Assembly (NCBI GenBank): GCA_964016885.1
Contig: OZ024740.1
Coordinates: 207,018,001 to 207,082,000, forward strand
DNA: 64,000 nt
Direction of reading: 5' to 3'
Source: Eledone cirrhosa
Lineage: Eukaryota
Positions 13,941 through 28,959 of the stretch are shown here, in pieces; position 1 is the first letter of the stretch, and each line of letters opens with the position of its first letter. A program made the translations under genes and the position numbers. Below the pieces are notes generated by a model. That model made no database searches. It had not been told where the DNA came from and saw only the letters and a list, made by a program, of their open reading frames with translations.

Positions 13941-16900
13941 GATAGCAACTAACAGTGCTGCGATCGAATGTGGCTTTTTAGCCCAGCCAATGATCCAAAA
14001 TGTCTTGCACAGAGTCGGCAACCAAAACATTTACTGGGAATAGTCGGCTGTGGTTGGAGTTCGTGTACTTTTGCATGTCGCTTGAGTCCTCCTGCTGATT
14101 TACATTCTCTACCACATGTTTGGCAAGCATGATGAGTAGCATCTCCAACAGCAGCCTGGTAGTCAACCACTGGTCTTACTTTATGACTGCGAAGATGACT
14201 TTCGAGTCCAGCTTTGCTTAGGCAGAGTCTCGCACAGACGCTGCATGTCAGAAACATAGGAGGACCCTCGCCGTCTGGAAGTGCAACAGCAATACCCTTC
14301 CACACGTCCCGCTTTACTTTCTCGTGTGCGATTCGAGATGCCTCAAAGGCAACTTTTCCCTCATATACAGTCTTTCTCCATTTATTACGATCAGCAGCAA
14401 TATTTTCCCATGTATCAGCAGAGATGTTAGCGTCTTTCAGAGAGGCCTTCAAGGAATCCTTATACCTCTTTTTTGGTTTATGTGGCGGTCGTTTTCCTTT
14501 AACCAACTCTCCATAGAAGAGTTGTTTTGGTATTCTAGAATCCTTCATCCTGGCAAGGTGACCACTCCAACGGAGTCGCTGCTTAAGCACAAGAGCTTCT
14601 ATACTGTCACACAAAGAGCTTTCCAAAATCTCGACATCACTGATGTGGTCCCTCCAGTGAACGCCATGTATCCGTCTGAGACACATCTGATGGAAACGCT
14701 CCAATTGCTTAAGGTGGCGTCGATATGTGACCCAGGTCTCGCAGGCATAAAGAAGACAAGAGAGTACACATGCCCTGTACACCTTTACCTTTGTCCTCCT
14801 GCATATGTCTCGCCGACCCCAGAGTCGCCTTTCTAGCTTTCCGAAAGCATCACTTGCTTTCCTAATCCTAAGTGAGATTTCACTGTCAAGGTTGCCGTAT
14901 CGATTGACAGTGCTTCCCAGGTAGACAAACTGATCAACCACTCCAAGTCGTTTGCCATACACATAGATGTTTGGTTCAGTGTACTGCCTACCAGGTGCAG
15001 GTTGGTACATGACGACGGTTTTCTTGAGACTGACAGTCAAACCCAGGGCAGTGCAAGCGTCAGAAAATACATTCAAAATGTGCTGCATATCACTCTCTGT
15101 GTGCGCTACAAGATCGCAATCATCTGCATACAAGAGGTCTCTTATGACTGATGTAAATACTTTTGTCTTCGCAGCAAAGCGCCTGATGTTAAATATGCTG
15201 CCTGAGGTTCGATATCGGATGTAAACACCATGCTCGCAATTCCTGAATGCAATACAGAAAACCATTGCAAAGTATATGGCAAACAGGGTCGGTGCTGGAA
15301 TATCCCCCTGTTTCACTCCATTTTTTACTGAGATAGGCTCCGACATGTTACCTCCGACATTAACCCAAGCCTTCATGTCGTCATGGAAAGACCTAACTAA
15401 AGCAAGGAACTTATCAGGGCAACCAAGTTTCTGGAGAACCTTCCATAATGCATCTCTGTTGACAGTATCGAAAGCCTTTGTCAGATCGACAAAAACCTGA
15501 TACAGATCCAAGCCCTGTTCAATGCACTTCTCCTGGAGCTGTCTAGCTGAGAAGATCATATCAGTAGTGCCGCGTCCAACACGAAAACCAGATTGACTTT
15601 CAGGAAGGACACAATCTGCAATGTGTGTCAGCAGACGGTCCAGAAGCACCCTACATAAAACTTTCCCCACGACAGAAAGCAATGATATACCTCTGTAGTT
15701 CCCACAATCATTCCTGTTACCCTTTCCCTTGTACAAGACCACCATTACTGCATCTCTCCAGTCCTCAGGCACGGATTCATTAGCCCATATCCTTCCAAAC
15801 AGAGAGTGAAGATGTTGCAGGAGTCTCTCACCACCATATTGTAGGAGCTCAGCATGTATGCCATCCATACCTGGAGATCTTCCACTGTTCAGCTTCGAAA
15901 TAGCCACTGCAACCTCCACAAGTGTCGGAGGCTCTGCGAGAGCTACTTTCACAGGACTTTCCGGAATGAGATTGAGGAAATCTTCACTGACGACAGACGG
16001 CTGATTCAAAAGATCATCAAAGTGCTCTCGCCACCTTCGTAGAATTCCCTGTGAGTCACGAAGAAGTTCTTTGCCATCCTTGCTGCGAATCGGTGTCACC
16101 AGAGAAGAAGACGGTCCATAAACCTCACGCAAGAGACTGTACAACAGCTTTGTGTTATTGCAATCAGACGCAGTTTGTATCTCACCAGCCTTCTCACTCC
16201 ACCACTGATCCTTCATCTGAGAAAGACTCCGCCTAACACGTGATTTTACATCCCTGAGCTCCTCATGCAACGTATTCCTCTCCTGTGGTCTTGCCGTCAA
16301 GTAGCGTGACAGAGCGCGCCTCTTATCAGCCAACAAGTCATCTATATGCACATCTTTCTCATTAAACCAGTCCTGATGTTTTCTCTGCACCAATCCCAGA
16401 ACACGTCTGCCTACATCATAAACCGACTTTTTAAGGGTCGGCCAATCCTCACCAAGATCTGCAGCCTGCATCTCTTCTTCCAATGTCCTCTTCACATTTT
16501 TATCCTTAAGACGAGCAGCATTCAATCTTTTGGGCAGGGTAACACCAGGAGCCCGGATTTTACGTTTGGTGATTAGATTCACTTTTGCGCGTACCAGGCG
16601 GTGGTCCGTCCAGCACTCAGCTCCACGAAGAACACGAACACACCGCACATCCTGTCTGTCACGCATCCTGACTAGGACGTAGTCCAAAAGATGCCATTCC
16701 TTAGATGCAGGATGCATCCATGTGGTCTTGAATTTGTTCTTTTGTTGGAACATGGTGTTGGTAACACACAGATCCAGCTCCTCACACATCTGCAGCAAGA
16801 GCATACCATTGCTGTTACACTTTCCCACCCCATGCCTTCCGATTACATTCCATGTGTTAAAATCCCTACCCACTCTAGCATTAAAGTCACCAAGCACGAT

Positions 16901-17875
16901 GACTTTGTCTGCCTGAGGGATATTTCTTAAAACACCTTTCAAGGCATGGTAAAAGGACAGTTTTTCTTCATCGACAGAATTCATAGTTGGAACATACACA
17001 CTCACCAGGGTAGCATATCTTCCCTTGTCCAGCGGAACTCTCATGGACATAAGACGCTCACTAATCCCCACTGGGAATTCTTCTAATTTATTCACCAGTA
17101 CAGTCTTAACAGCAAATCCTACCCCAGCCTCTCTTCTGGTTCCTTCATCTCTTCCTTTCCAGAAGAATGTATATTCTCCACAAAATTCCGTAAGATGACC
17201 ATCTCCAGCTAACCTCGTCTCAGACAAAGCCACGATGTCAAGATCGTAACGTCGAAGCTCCTTCGCAACAAGAGCGGTCCTTCGTTCAGGACGCTCCAAA
17301 GAATCCCTGTCAAGCAGCGTCCGTACGTTCCAGCAGCCAAGACTAAATGCCCTGTTTGGCTCTATTACAATGGCACGATGACGGGCGGGCCCAGGTTGTG
17401 ATAACTTGGGGCCCCTGCCCTTATTGCCAATGATCTTTTTTGTTCCAGAACCCAAATTGGCAATTATCTCGTTTACATTGTTCTGGAACATCATTGAATT
17501 GGAAAAAAAAAAAAAAAAAAAAGGGAGAAAAAAAAAAAAAAAAAAAGTAATAATAATAGTAATAATAATAATAATAATAATACTACACTATTAATAATTA
17601 TTAATGCACTCGTGCAATGCCTGTGCGTGACGAATATTTTTAAAGTGAGGAAAGACTGTGCACTGAACCAATCCCACTCTCTGAGCGACAGTAGCTATAA
17701 CCCGAAAAGAAGAAAAGATCAACATCATCGGTAACTACTGAGCCGCAGGTTTTATATCGGAGTTAACCCAGTTTCCTGAGATGCCTTCTCCTAGAAGAAT
17801 ACCCTGACATGGGCTAGGGGTTCTTCACTCCCAGTGGTTTAACTGCGCGATCGGGCATCCAGCCCGATTATTTCT
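13475..17875 (-). mobile_element. Apparently full-length RTE-clade LINE
   Basis: 5' UTR (17590-17875, with TAGGAGAAGG motif), uninterrupted 1181-aa ORF, microsatellite-filled 3' UTR, and terminal caatggccatactcgataacgagggggcagccatcat. Confidence 0.9.
13949..17494 (-). CDS. RTE ORF: AP endonuclease + reverse transcriptase + three C2H2 zinc fingers
   Basis: WNVRTL, LSETR, LGDFNARVG, LDYVL, TDH (APE); NYRGISLL, FVDLTKAFDTV, GVKQGD, YADD, YLGS (RT); CSVC..HLRSH, CQTC..HAKVH, CRLC..HIRSQH. Confidence 0.96.
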   Translation of the reverse strand: MMFQNNVNEIIANLGSGTKKIIGNKGRGPKLSQPGPARHRAIVIEPNRAFSLGCWNVRTLLDRDSLERPERRTALVAKELRRYDLDIVALSETRLAGDGHLTEFCGEYTFFWKGRDEGTRREAGVGFAVKTVLVNKLEEFPVGISERLMSMRVPLDKGRYATLVSVYVPTMNSVDEEKLSFYHALKGVLRNIPQADKVIVLGDFNARVGRDFNTWNVIGRHGVGKCNSNGMLLLQMCEELDLCVTNTMFQQKNKFKTTWMHPASKEWHLLDYVLVRMRDRQDVRCVRVLRGAECWTDHRLVRAKVNLITKRKIRAPGVTLPKRLNAARLKDKNVKRTLEEEMQAADLGEDWPTLKKSVYDVGRRVLGLVQRKHQDWFNEKDVHIDDLLADKRRALSRYLTARPQERNTLHEELRDVKSRVRRSLSQMKDQWWSEKAGEIQTASDCNNTKLLYSLLREVYGPSSSLVTPIRSKDGKELLRDSQGILRRWREHFDDLLNQPSVVSEDFLNLIPESPVKVALAEPPTLVEVAVAISKLNSGRSPGMDGIHAELLQYGGERLLQHLHSLFGRIWANESVPEDWRDAVMVVLYKGKGNRNDCGNYRGISLLSVVGKVLCRVLLDRLLTHIADCVLPESQSGFRVGRGTTDMIFSARQLQEKCIEQGLDLYQVFVDLTKAFDTVNRDALWKVLQKLGCPDKFLALVRSFHDDMKAWVNVGGNMSEPISVKNGVKQGDIPAPTLFAIYFAMVFCIAFRNCEHGVYIRYRTSGSIFNIRRFAAKTKVFTSVIRDLLYADDCDLVAHTESDMQHILNVFSDACTALGLTVSLKKTVVMYQPAPGRQYTEPNIYVYGKRLGVVDQFVYLGSTVNRYGNLDSEISLRIRKASDAFGKLERRLWGRRDICRRTKVKVYRACVLSCLLYACETWVTYRRHLKQLERFHQMCLRRIHGVHWRDHISDVEILESSLCDSIEALVLKQRLRWSGHLARMKDSRIPKQLFYGELVKGKRPPHKPKKRYKDSLKASLKDANISADTWENIAADRNKWRKTVYEGKVAFEASRIAHEKVKRDVWKGIAVALPDGEGPPMFLTCSVCARLCLSKAGLESHLRSHKVRPVVDYQAAVGDATHHACQTCGRECKSAGGLKRHAKVHELQPQPTIPSKCFGCRLCARHFGSLAGLKSHIRSQHC

Positions 17876-17885
17876 ATGTCCCCGC

Positions 17886-20518
<2,633 letters not shown>

Positions 20519-20595
20519 TTATTTATTTATTTTTTTTGTTTTAATGACCATGCTGTAAAATGGAGGGGTAGAGAGGGCCCTTGAGTTTAGTAAGA

Positions 20596-23500
20596 CATCC
20601 TCTCTAGTGCTGGTGGCACAAATAAAAGCACCCAGTCCATGCTGTAAAGTGGCGCTGGTGTTAGGAAGGGCATCCAACCAGTGTATCAATGCCAAAAAGC
20701 TTATCAGCACAGCATAGAAAAATATGAAGACGTCGCATCTCAGAGTTGCAACACTTAATGTTGGCACTCTCAGAGGTAGATCTGCTGAAATAGCGGAGAT
20801 GCTGGAGAGAAGGCAGGTGGATGTGTGCTGCGTGCAAGAGGTGAGATGGAGAGGTGCCTCTGCGAGACTAGTTGTAGGCAAGCGTCTTAGCTATAAGCTA
20901 TTCTGGGTAGGTAAGGATGATGGGTTAGGGGGAGTAGGCATTTTCCTGGCTGAGAAATGGATCAATAAGACAATAGAGGTAGTTCGAGTTAGTAATCGAA
21001 TAATTAAGCTTAGATTAGTTGTAGGTAGGAGACTACTGACAATCATCTCGGTCTATGCTCCCCAAGCAGGCCTAGGCAAAGATGAGAAAGACTGCTTTTA
21101 TGAGCAACTTTTGCAAACAACCACAATGACAGAGGACGGAGACATCGTTATGCTAGCAGGAGACTTCAATGGTCATGTTGGACAGCTCCAGGATGGTTAC
21201 ACTGGGGTACATGGTGGGCACGGTTACGGTTCAAGAAATGAAGGAGTGAGACTTCTTGAATTTTGTGATGCAAGTACATTGACTATTTGCAACACAAACT
21301 TCCAGAAACCTGCCAATCACCTAATAACCTACAAATCTGGTGAGCACATAAGCCAGATTGACTTCCTGCTAGTTAGGCAGCGGGACAGGCAGATAGTGTC
21401 TAATACCAAGGCATACCCTGGGGAAGAATGTACCCCACAGCATAGGTTAGTTGTTAGTGATATCTCAGTAAGCAAGAGATGGAATGAGACATATAGGAAG
21501 GTGTGGAGAAGAAAGGTCTGGAAGCTAAAAGACCTTTCACTAAAATTCAAATTTAGGAAAGCCCTTCAAGATGTATATGACGAAAAAGAAGACGATTTAG
21601 AGACGTATGACATAGATAATAACTGGAAATTCTTACGTGACAACTTGCTGCAGGCTACTGATGAAACCTGTGGCTGGAGCAGAGCTCCAACCAGACAGAG
21701 AGTGACCTGGTGGTGGAACAGCACAGTAGATAAGGCTATTAGAGACAAAAGACTAGCATGGAAGGCTTGGAAAAAGGGTGGGAGTAGGGAAGAATATACA
21801 GCCACTAAGAGAGAAGCTAGACGTCAGGTGTACTTAGCACGCAGGGAGGCAGAGAGTAGGAGGTTTGCCAATGTTCTGCGACGGGAAGATCAGAGGCGTG
21901 CGGTGTTCCACATTGCAAGGCAGTGTGTCAATGCAAATCAGGATGTTGTTGGAGATAAATGTGTCCGGGATGATGCCGGTGTACTTAGTGTCACGAATGA
22001 CCAGAAAAAGGAGGCCTGGAAATGTCATTATGAGAGACAGATGAATGTGGAGAACGAATGGGAGAGAGTGAAATTACCCTTGGTAGATCCGACAGAGGGA
22101 CCAGCTATTGAGATTGACGAATATAGGGTCCAAGAGGCGATTAGGGAAATGAAAAATGGTAAGGCGGCCGGACCATCGGGAATAGTTGCTGAGATGCTGA
22201 AGGCATCAGGGGACGTAGGCACTAAACTGGTTGCACGCATCATCAATCAGGCTATATATGGTGGTGTCATACCCAAAGACTGGTGCAGCAGTATTCTCAT
22301 AAATTGCTACAAAGGTAAAGGGGATGCTTTGGAGAGGAGCAATTATAGGGGTATAAAACTGATAGATCAGGTTATGAAAGTGGCAGAAAGGATTTTAGCA
22401 CAACTAATTAGAGAAAGGGTCAAACTAGATGAGATGCAGTTTGGTTTTGTGCCTGGGAAGAGTACAACAGATGCCCTCTTCTTGGTGAGACAAATGCAAG
22501 AGAGGTTCTTAGAGAAGAATAAGCCACTATACTTAGCCTTTGTTGACCTAGAGAAGGCCTTTGATAGGGTACCCCGATCTGTCATCTGGTGGTCCCTAAG
22601 GAAGCTAGGTGTTGAGGAATGGCTTGTGAGGACAGTGCAAACTTTGTACAGAGGTACTCTCAGTAAAGTCAGGGTAGGAATGGAGTTTAGTGAGGAATTC
22701 CAGATACAAGTAGGAGTACATCAGGGTTCGGTCCTCAGCCCGCTCTTGTTCATTATAGTCCTCCAAGCCATAACAGAGGAGTTTAAGACTGGCTGTCCAT
22801 GGGAACTTCTCTATGCTGACGATCTGGCTCTTATAGCAGAATCAGTAGAGGAGCTAGAGAATAAATTCCGGCTATGGAAACAGCAGTTGGAAGCAAGAGG
22901 ACTGAGAGTAAATCTAGCTAAGACAAAAGTGTTGATGAGTAGAAAAGAGGACAAAAACCCTGATTCCGTCAGGGAAATGGCCATGTTCGATATGCAGAAA
23001 AGGAACTGGCATAAATTCTATAAAATGCACACAATGCAGGTCCTGGGTACACAAGAGATGTAGCGGGATAGCAGGCAAACTAACAGGTAGGGAGAAATAT
23101 GTATGCAGTAGATGTACAGGGAAATTAGACAGTAGAAGTCGCACTGATAGACACATTTTTCAAATGCGAGAGGGCGCTATAGAAGTGGTGGATAGCTTCC
23201 GGTACCTAGGAGATCAGATTAGCATGGGAGGAGGGTGTTCCGAGGCCATAGTATCTAGAATAAGGACGGGTTGGAAGAAGTTTAGGGAGCTGCTTCCTCT
23301 GTTGACGAAGAAGGGTTTCTCCCTGCGTACGAAAGGCCGGTTGTATGATGCCTGTGTGAGGAGTGCGATGCTGCATGGTAGTGAGACATGGGCAGCGACG
23401 GCTGGAGAGAAATGAGGCAAGCATGCTCCGTTGGATGTGCGTGAACGACCCAGCATAAATGTGTTGAGAGAGAAACTGTGTCTGAGAGGGATAGAATGTA

Positions 23501-23770
23501 GTGTACTTGAGAGGAGACTGAGGTGGTATGGAGGATGACCGATGGGTGAAGAAGTGCCAGGAAATGCCAGTTGAAGGAAGACGTGGTAGAGGTAGACCAC
23601 GAAAAACATGGGCGGAGGTGGTGAGAACAGACCTCAGATCATTGAAGCTCACGGTGGAGATGATGAGGGACCGTGACAAGTGGAGAGATGCTGTGCTGAA
23701 TATGACCCGTCCCACCCTTGCAAGCAGGGAAAAGCGGACGTAAAATGATGATGATGATGATGATGATGAT
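20596..23770 (+). mobile_element. Near full-length RTE LINE, frameshifted in its 3' third
   Basis: ORF 20724-23063 (TLNVGTL, VQEVRW, GDFNGHVG, QIDF, FVDLEKAFDRV, GVHQGSVLSP, YADD); frameshift at ~22960; continues VDSFRYLG..HGSETW and GRGRPRKTW; (GAT)n tail. Confidence 0.93.
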
Positions 23771-24243
23771 ATACACATATATATATATACACATATATAT
23801 ATACACACACATATATATACACACACATATATATATATATACACACATATATATATATATATATATACACATATATATATATATACACACACATATATAT
23901 ATATACACATATATATATATGTACACATATATATATATATATACACATATATATATATACACATATATATATACACACATATATATACTCACACATATAT
24001 ATATATATACACATATATATATATATATATACACATATATATATATATATACACATATATATATATATACACACACATATATATATATACACACATATAT
24101 ATACACACATATATATATATATACACATATATATATATATATATACACATATATATATATATATACACATATATATATATATACACACACATATATATAT
24201 ATACACACATATATATACACACATATATATATACACATATATA
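23771..24243. repeat. (TA/CA)n microsatellite
   Basis: Direct reading. Confidence 0.98.
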
Positions 24244-24600
24244 TCGATAGCAGACAGTCGGACCATCTACTAATGATATAACACCAAATATATATACACA
24301 CACACACACTACCTTTTCTGTATATATTGGTGTCTGAATGTGTGGTTGTAGTCACTAAAAGAAAAGCCATTAGTGACTTTCTGGATCTGAAGAATGAAGT
24401 AAAATCAACTTGCTTTGGGGAAACTTGAGTACGTAAGAAGGTAGATTCCAGTTTGCCATGTATTTTATACAATATAGTATATATGTATACACACACACAT
24501 ATCATCATCATCATTGATTAACGTCTATCTTCCATGCTAATATATATATATGTATACATATATACTATATTGTATAAAATACATGGCAAACTGGCATATA

Positions 24601-24782
24601 TCATTCATCATTTCATTTTCATCATCATTTCATTTTACGTCCGCTTTTCCCTGCTTGCAAGGGTGGGACGGGAATTGATTCTGGCTTGATTTCTACAGCT
24701 GGATGCCCTTCCTAACAGCAACCTCATTTACAGTGAGTGCTGGGTGCTTTTTTGCCGTGGCACCTCCACAACCACTTTACAG
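24601..24782 (-). mobile_element. RTE-derived short non-autonomous element
   Basis: Tail identical to 23708-23745 in reverse, joined to the aaaagcacccag..ttaggaagggcatccagctgtagaaa module. Confidence 0.75.
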
Positions 24783-24809
24783 AGGAATGATAGGGACACC
24801 AGTCCCTAT

Positions 24810-24953
24810 CATCTCATTTCTACAGCTGAGTAAACTGGAGCAATGTGAAATAAAGTGTCTTGCTCAAGGTAACAACACATCACCCGGTCTGAGAATTGAA
24901 CTCACAACCTTTCGATTGCAAGGCCAATGCTCTAACCACTAAGCCATGTGCCT
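24810..24953 (-). mobile_element. tRNA-derived SINE family A, 5' part
   Basis: Homologous to 2010-2147; A box TGGCTTAGTGG, B box GAGTTCAATTC. Confidence 0.8.
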
Positions 24954-25449
24954 CCGTATATATATATATGCACTTGAGCAACCAGACCAGCAATGGAGGT
25001 GAGTGTTTCGAAAGTACAGAAGCCAGAGTGAGAACATATATATATATATCGTATTCCACCTGGTTGTGATGGGGCTGATAACATTGTTAGAACTCAATGT
25101 GTCCTTGGGAAGATGGTTGCAGTGAGATTAGGCAGTGTGACCAGTAGTTTTTGTAGTAGGTGATTATATATAGTTTAACCAACCATCACCCATAGAGAAA
25201 ATTTAATCTCACTATACTATATTTTGAAAAGCTGGTAGCTTTAGCAAAATTTTGTAGTATACTGTCACTATTAATAACAACAATTGTATATTTCTTTTAA
25301 TAGGCGATACAAATTGAATCTGCTGGACACTATACTATGGTTCCTATTGGTGGAAGTCTATGGACTATTTTCATTGTCATCTTTAAAAGATATCAAACTT
25401 AAACCTATTTGAATATTCTCAAACTTCATATTTCCATGGCAAAATTTAA

Positions 25450-25683
25450 CCCTTTCATGACAACATTTCTAATGAAATACACTCTGTATCAATTAATTAA
25501 TGGAGAATTTTTAGGGATTTATTAAAATGATTAAAATTATATCCTTACTAATATAGGAACTTAATGTAATGTTCTTATATAAAATCATGTTTGAAGATTT
25601 TTGTATAAATTAGAAACTGTTAAAATGGGTGGCTTTATTTCAAAGAACCAGAGTCGGTTTGGGCCAGGTTGGTAACTAAAGGG
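25450..25683. mobile_element. piggyBac-type MITE
   Basis: TTAA|CCCTTT...AAAGGG|TTAA with imperfect longer TIR. Confidence 0.65.
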
Positions 25684-25944
25684 TTAAAGACAAATATTGT
25701 TTTTGTTTTATATTTGAAAATGACAACTTTGTGTCAATAATAAAACAATAAAGAATAATTAACAATTGGTATTATTTGTAATTATTACATGCATTGAGTA
25801 CTTCAATATTCTTTCATCCCTTGCTGACCTTGTTTGTGCATCTAATCATCCTAATCATTTATTGTTACAAATAGTTGGTTACCTCCCTTCAATTAATCAG
25901 TCACTGGTTCATTGAATTTATGATGTTGAGATTGACAAGTGAGT

Positions 25945-26962
25945 ATTTGAAATAATGAAAATATTGTGTACAGTGCTCAGGTGCACTACAACTCATCAAA
26001 AGTGTATGTATAATACATAGGTTAATGTACAAACGTCAGGAAAATGAACAGTGCATGAGTCATGATGTACACATGTGTGCATGTGTATGGAAGGGGGACA
26101 TCAGATGTAGTTTTGGCGAATTTTGGGAAGCATGAGTGTTTTAAAGGATGCAGTGTCTCGGCAGCTAACAACTGACGCAGGCAGTTTGTTCCATGCTTCA
26201 GCAACTCTAAGCGTGAAAAAATGTTTCCGAAAGTCATGGGAGCTGTACTGTTTTCTGACTTTGTAGGCATGTCCACATGTGTTAGACACATGGAGATCAA
26301 AAAGGTGCTCAGGGTTGTTGTTGGTGAGATGGTTAATAACTTTGTGGGTGTTTACCAAGTCCATTGCCAGACGTCGGAGCTTCAATGAATCCATGCCCAG
26401 GGAAGCAAGGCGTTCAGAGTATGGTAGGTGTCTGATGGAGGGTATGCGCTTGGTTGCACGTCTCTGAACAGTTTCCAGGAGGTCAATGTTCTGAGCAAGA
26501 TAGGGGTTCCAGACTGATGATGCGAATTCCAAGTGTGGTCATACCATAGCTGTATAGAGCTTTAAATAGATGGCTGGAGAGTGGCTAACAAAGGTCTTGC
26601 TGAGTGATACCAAGACACCCTCGGCTTTCTTGACAATTTTAGAGATGTGCTTTGTCCAACGCAAATCGCTGCTGACAGTAATGCCCAGGTCACGTTCATA
26701 AGAGGACTTCTTGATATCAGTGTTGTGGAGGGAGTATGTGGACGCTGGATTTTTCCTTCCAAAATGCATGGTGGTACACGTGTCCACAGCCAGCTTCAGT
26801 TGCCAGTCTGTGATCCATTGCTGCATTGTGTCCAGGTCTGATTGTAGGAAAGAGTTATAGATTTCGGGATCTGTCCTTTTGATTTCAAGGTACAGCTTGA
26901 TGTCATCTGCATATTTCAGTACCATGGCATTCTTTAAGTTGGCATCTATGTTATTAATGTAT
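25945..26962 (-). mobile_element. CR1-clade LINE, 5'-truncated and decayed
   Basis: KYADDIKL, LQSDLD, ERDLGI, PHLEFASSVWNPY, LETVQRRATK, YSERL, RKHFFTLRV..WNKLP; internal stop at ~26540. Confidence 0.92.
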
Positions 26963-27189
26963 ACAACTCTAACTTCTTACAGAACAAATATCATAAGGGA
27001 TTTTGTTTTGAAATGTACCAACATTTTAGCTTATTTGATGAACTTTTTTTATGCATATTTCATTGAGATATATTGGCAAATGATAAACAAATACACATAT
27101 ATAAATGCATGTGTTTGGGTGTGTGTCAGCTCTGTGTGAGCGAATCACAGTCCCCCGACCTGATCTCTCACAATAAACGCCTAGCTCAC

Positions 27190-27690
27190 ACAGTAAAGTG
27201 GTCGTGTTGGTGACATGCAAAAAGCACTCAGTACACACTATAAATGTGGTTGGCGTTAGGAAAGGCATCCAGCCGTAGAAACTAAACCCAAAACGGTTCT
27301 GTACAAGCAAGATACTCATCTGATCTGGCTTGTCTTATAACGAGACAACTCGTTTAACCCATGCTAGCGTGGGAAATGGACGTTAAAAATAATTGTTTCT
27401 ATTTTTGGCACAAGGCAAGCAATTATCTCAGTGCATTACTGGTACTTTATTTTATCGACCCCGTAAGGATGAAAGGCAAAGTTAACCTCGGCGGGATTTG
27501 AACTCAGATCATAAAGGGAGGTAACTCTATGCCTCAAACATGGCGTCCGACCCTTTACCGATACTGAAAAATAATTGTTTCTACGTTTGGCACAAGGCCA
27601 GCAATTACCCAGTGCATTACTGGTACTTTATGTTATCGACCCCGTAAGGATGAAAGGCAAAGTTAACCTCGGTGGGATTTTAACTCAGGA
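27190..27690. mobile_element. RTE-tail element (+, 27190-27388) followed by two truncated family-B SINEs (-, 27390-27570 and 27570-27690)
   Basis: Matches to the ttaggaaaggcatccagcc/aacccatgctagcgtgg tail and to the ctttgcctttcatccttacggggtcgataaaa core. Confidence 0.75.
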
Positions 27691-28629
27691 AAACTAATGA
27701 TGATGATATACATATATATATAATTAAAAATGGCGTTGTGTGGTTTCAAGTAAATATTATTTTTAAAAAACACGCAAATGCAAGGATAATTCCCTTCTGT
27801 GGATCACGATAGTTTCGAATGCATTTTAATCTTTACAACTAAATGTATTTTATTTGAAATATAAAGGAGATAATCAAACAGTATGTCATGCATTTGCTTC
27901 TTTCTTGTTACATTTATCTCCCCTGAAAAAAAATTAAGTTGCATTGTTACCAATGATTTCTGTTACAGCTTTAAAGTTTCGCTGAATTCATTGGTACAAC
28001 AGTAATTGTCCAGATGTTTAGGGATATATCTACAAAGTCCAGAATCCATTGAACAGCTTCCAAGCAGATATTTTTTTCATATAAGTTTGAAAAGTGAAAA
28101 ATGTTGAATTACTGATGTAATGATGTTGAAACGATCAAAGGAGCTTCTACATGGTCAATTGACCTACTAAAAATAGCAACTAAATTTCACTTAAATTACA
28201 CCCTACCATCTTTATGAATGGTACATTAGATAATTTTACCTTAGATACACTTAAGTATGAATAGGTGACAAGACTGCAATAATTCCCATCAACAACTTTT
28301 ACTTTATTCCTCTGATGAACTTGTTACCAAGGGAGGTTAATGCAGGCGTGTATCTTCAGTGAGGCAGATCTAATGGTCAACAAAATCAGTACCCCAGTAC
28401 GCTAAACATACTGTACCTTCATCGTGTGGAGGAGCACTCTGTAGACTCTGACACTGAGTAAATAGATAGTAGTACAGAAGTCTAGTCATGTTGTATATCT
28501 CTTCTGTCCAGTCTATTTTTTGTATGTGTTTAGACCCTGGTAGTAACTACAGCAGATGCAGGCAAAGTAGACTAATGCCAACCAGTCATTATCTCCCTTT
28601 ATGACTTGTTTCACCACGTACAAATCTCA

Positions 28630-28832
28630 TTGTAGAATCGTTAGAGCATCGGTGAAAATGCTTTGGAGCATGTAGTTACAAACCTTTACTTTCTGAGTTC
28701 AAATCCTGATGAGGTCAACTTTACTTTTCTTCCTTCTGGAGTCAATAAAATAAAGTACCAGTCAAGTACTGGATTGATATAAACTTCCTCTCAAAACTAC
28801 TGGCCTTGTGCCTAAATTTGAAACCATTATAT
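28630..28832 (+). mobile_element. tRNA-derived SINE family B
   Basis: gagttcaaatcc B box followed by the diverged core and ggccttgtgcctaaa tail. Confidence 0.7.
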
Positions 28833-28959
28833 TAAAGACATGCTTTCCCACGTGCACAGGCTGAAGCTGAATCATATATATAGTATGCACCACCCCACCC
28901 AACCCTCACATCTCCCATGAAGACAGTCTGAAACATATATCTAGTGAATCCTTCAACTC

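Noticed and set aside
17810-17870. HDV-like ribozyme at the RTE 5' end
   Set aside because: A GGGCTGG/CTAGCCC stem is visible on the minus strand, but I could not assign P1.1, P2 or P3 by eye.
25290-25415. Possible plus-strand exon after tttaatag
   Set aside because: Short open frames with no recognisable homology and no partner exons.
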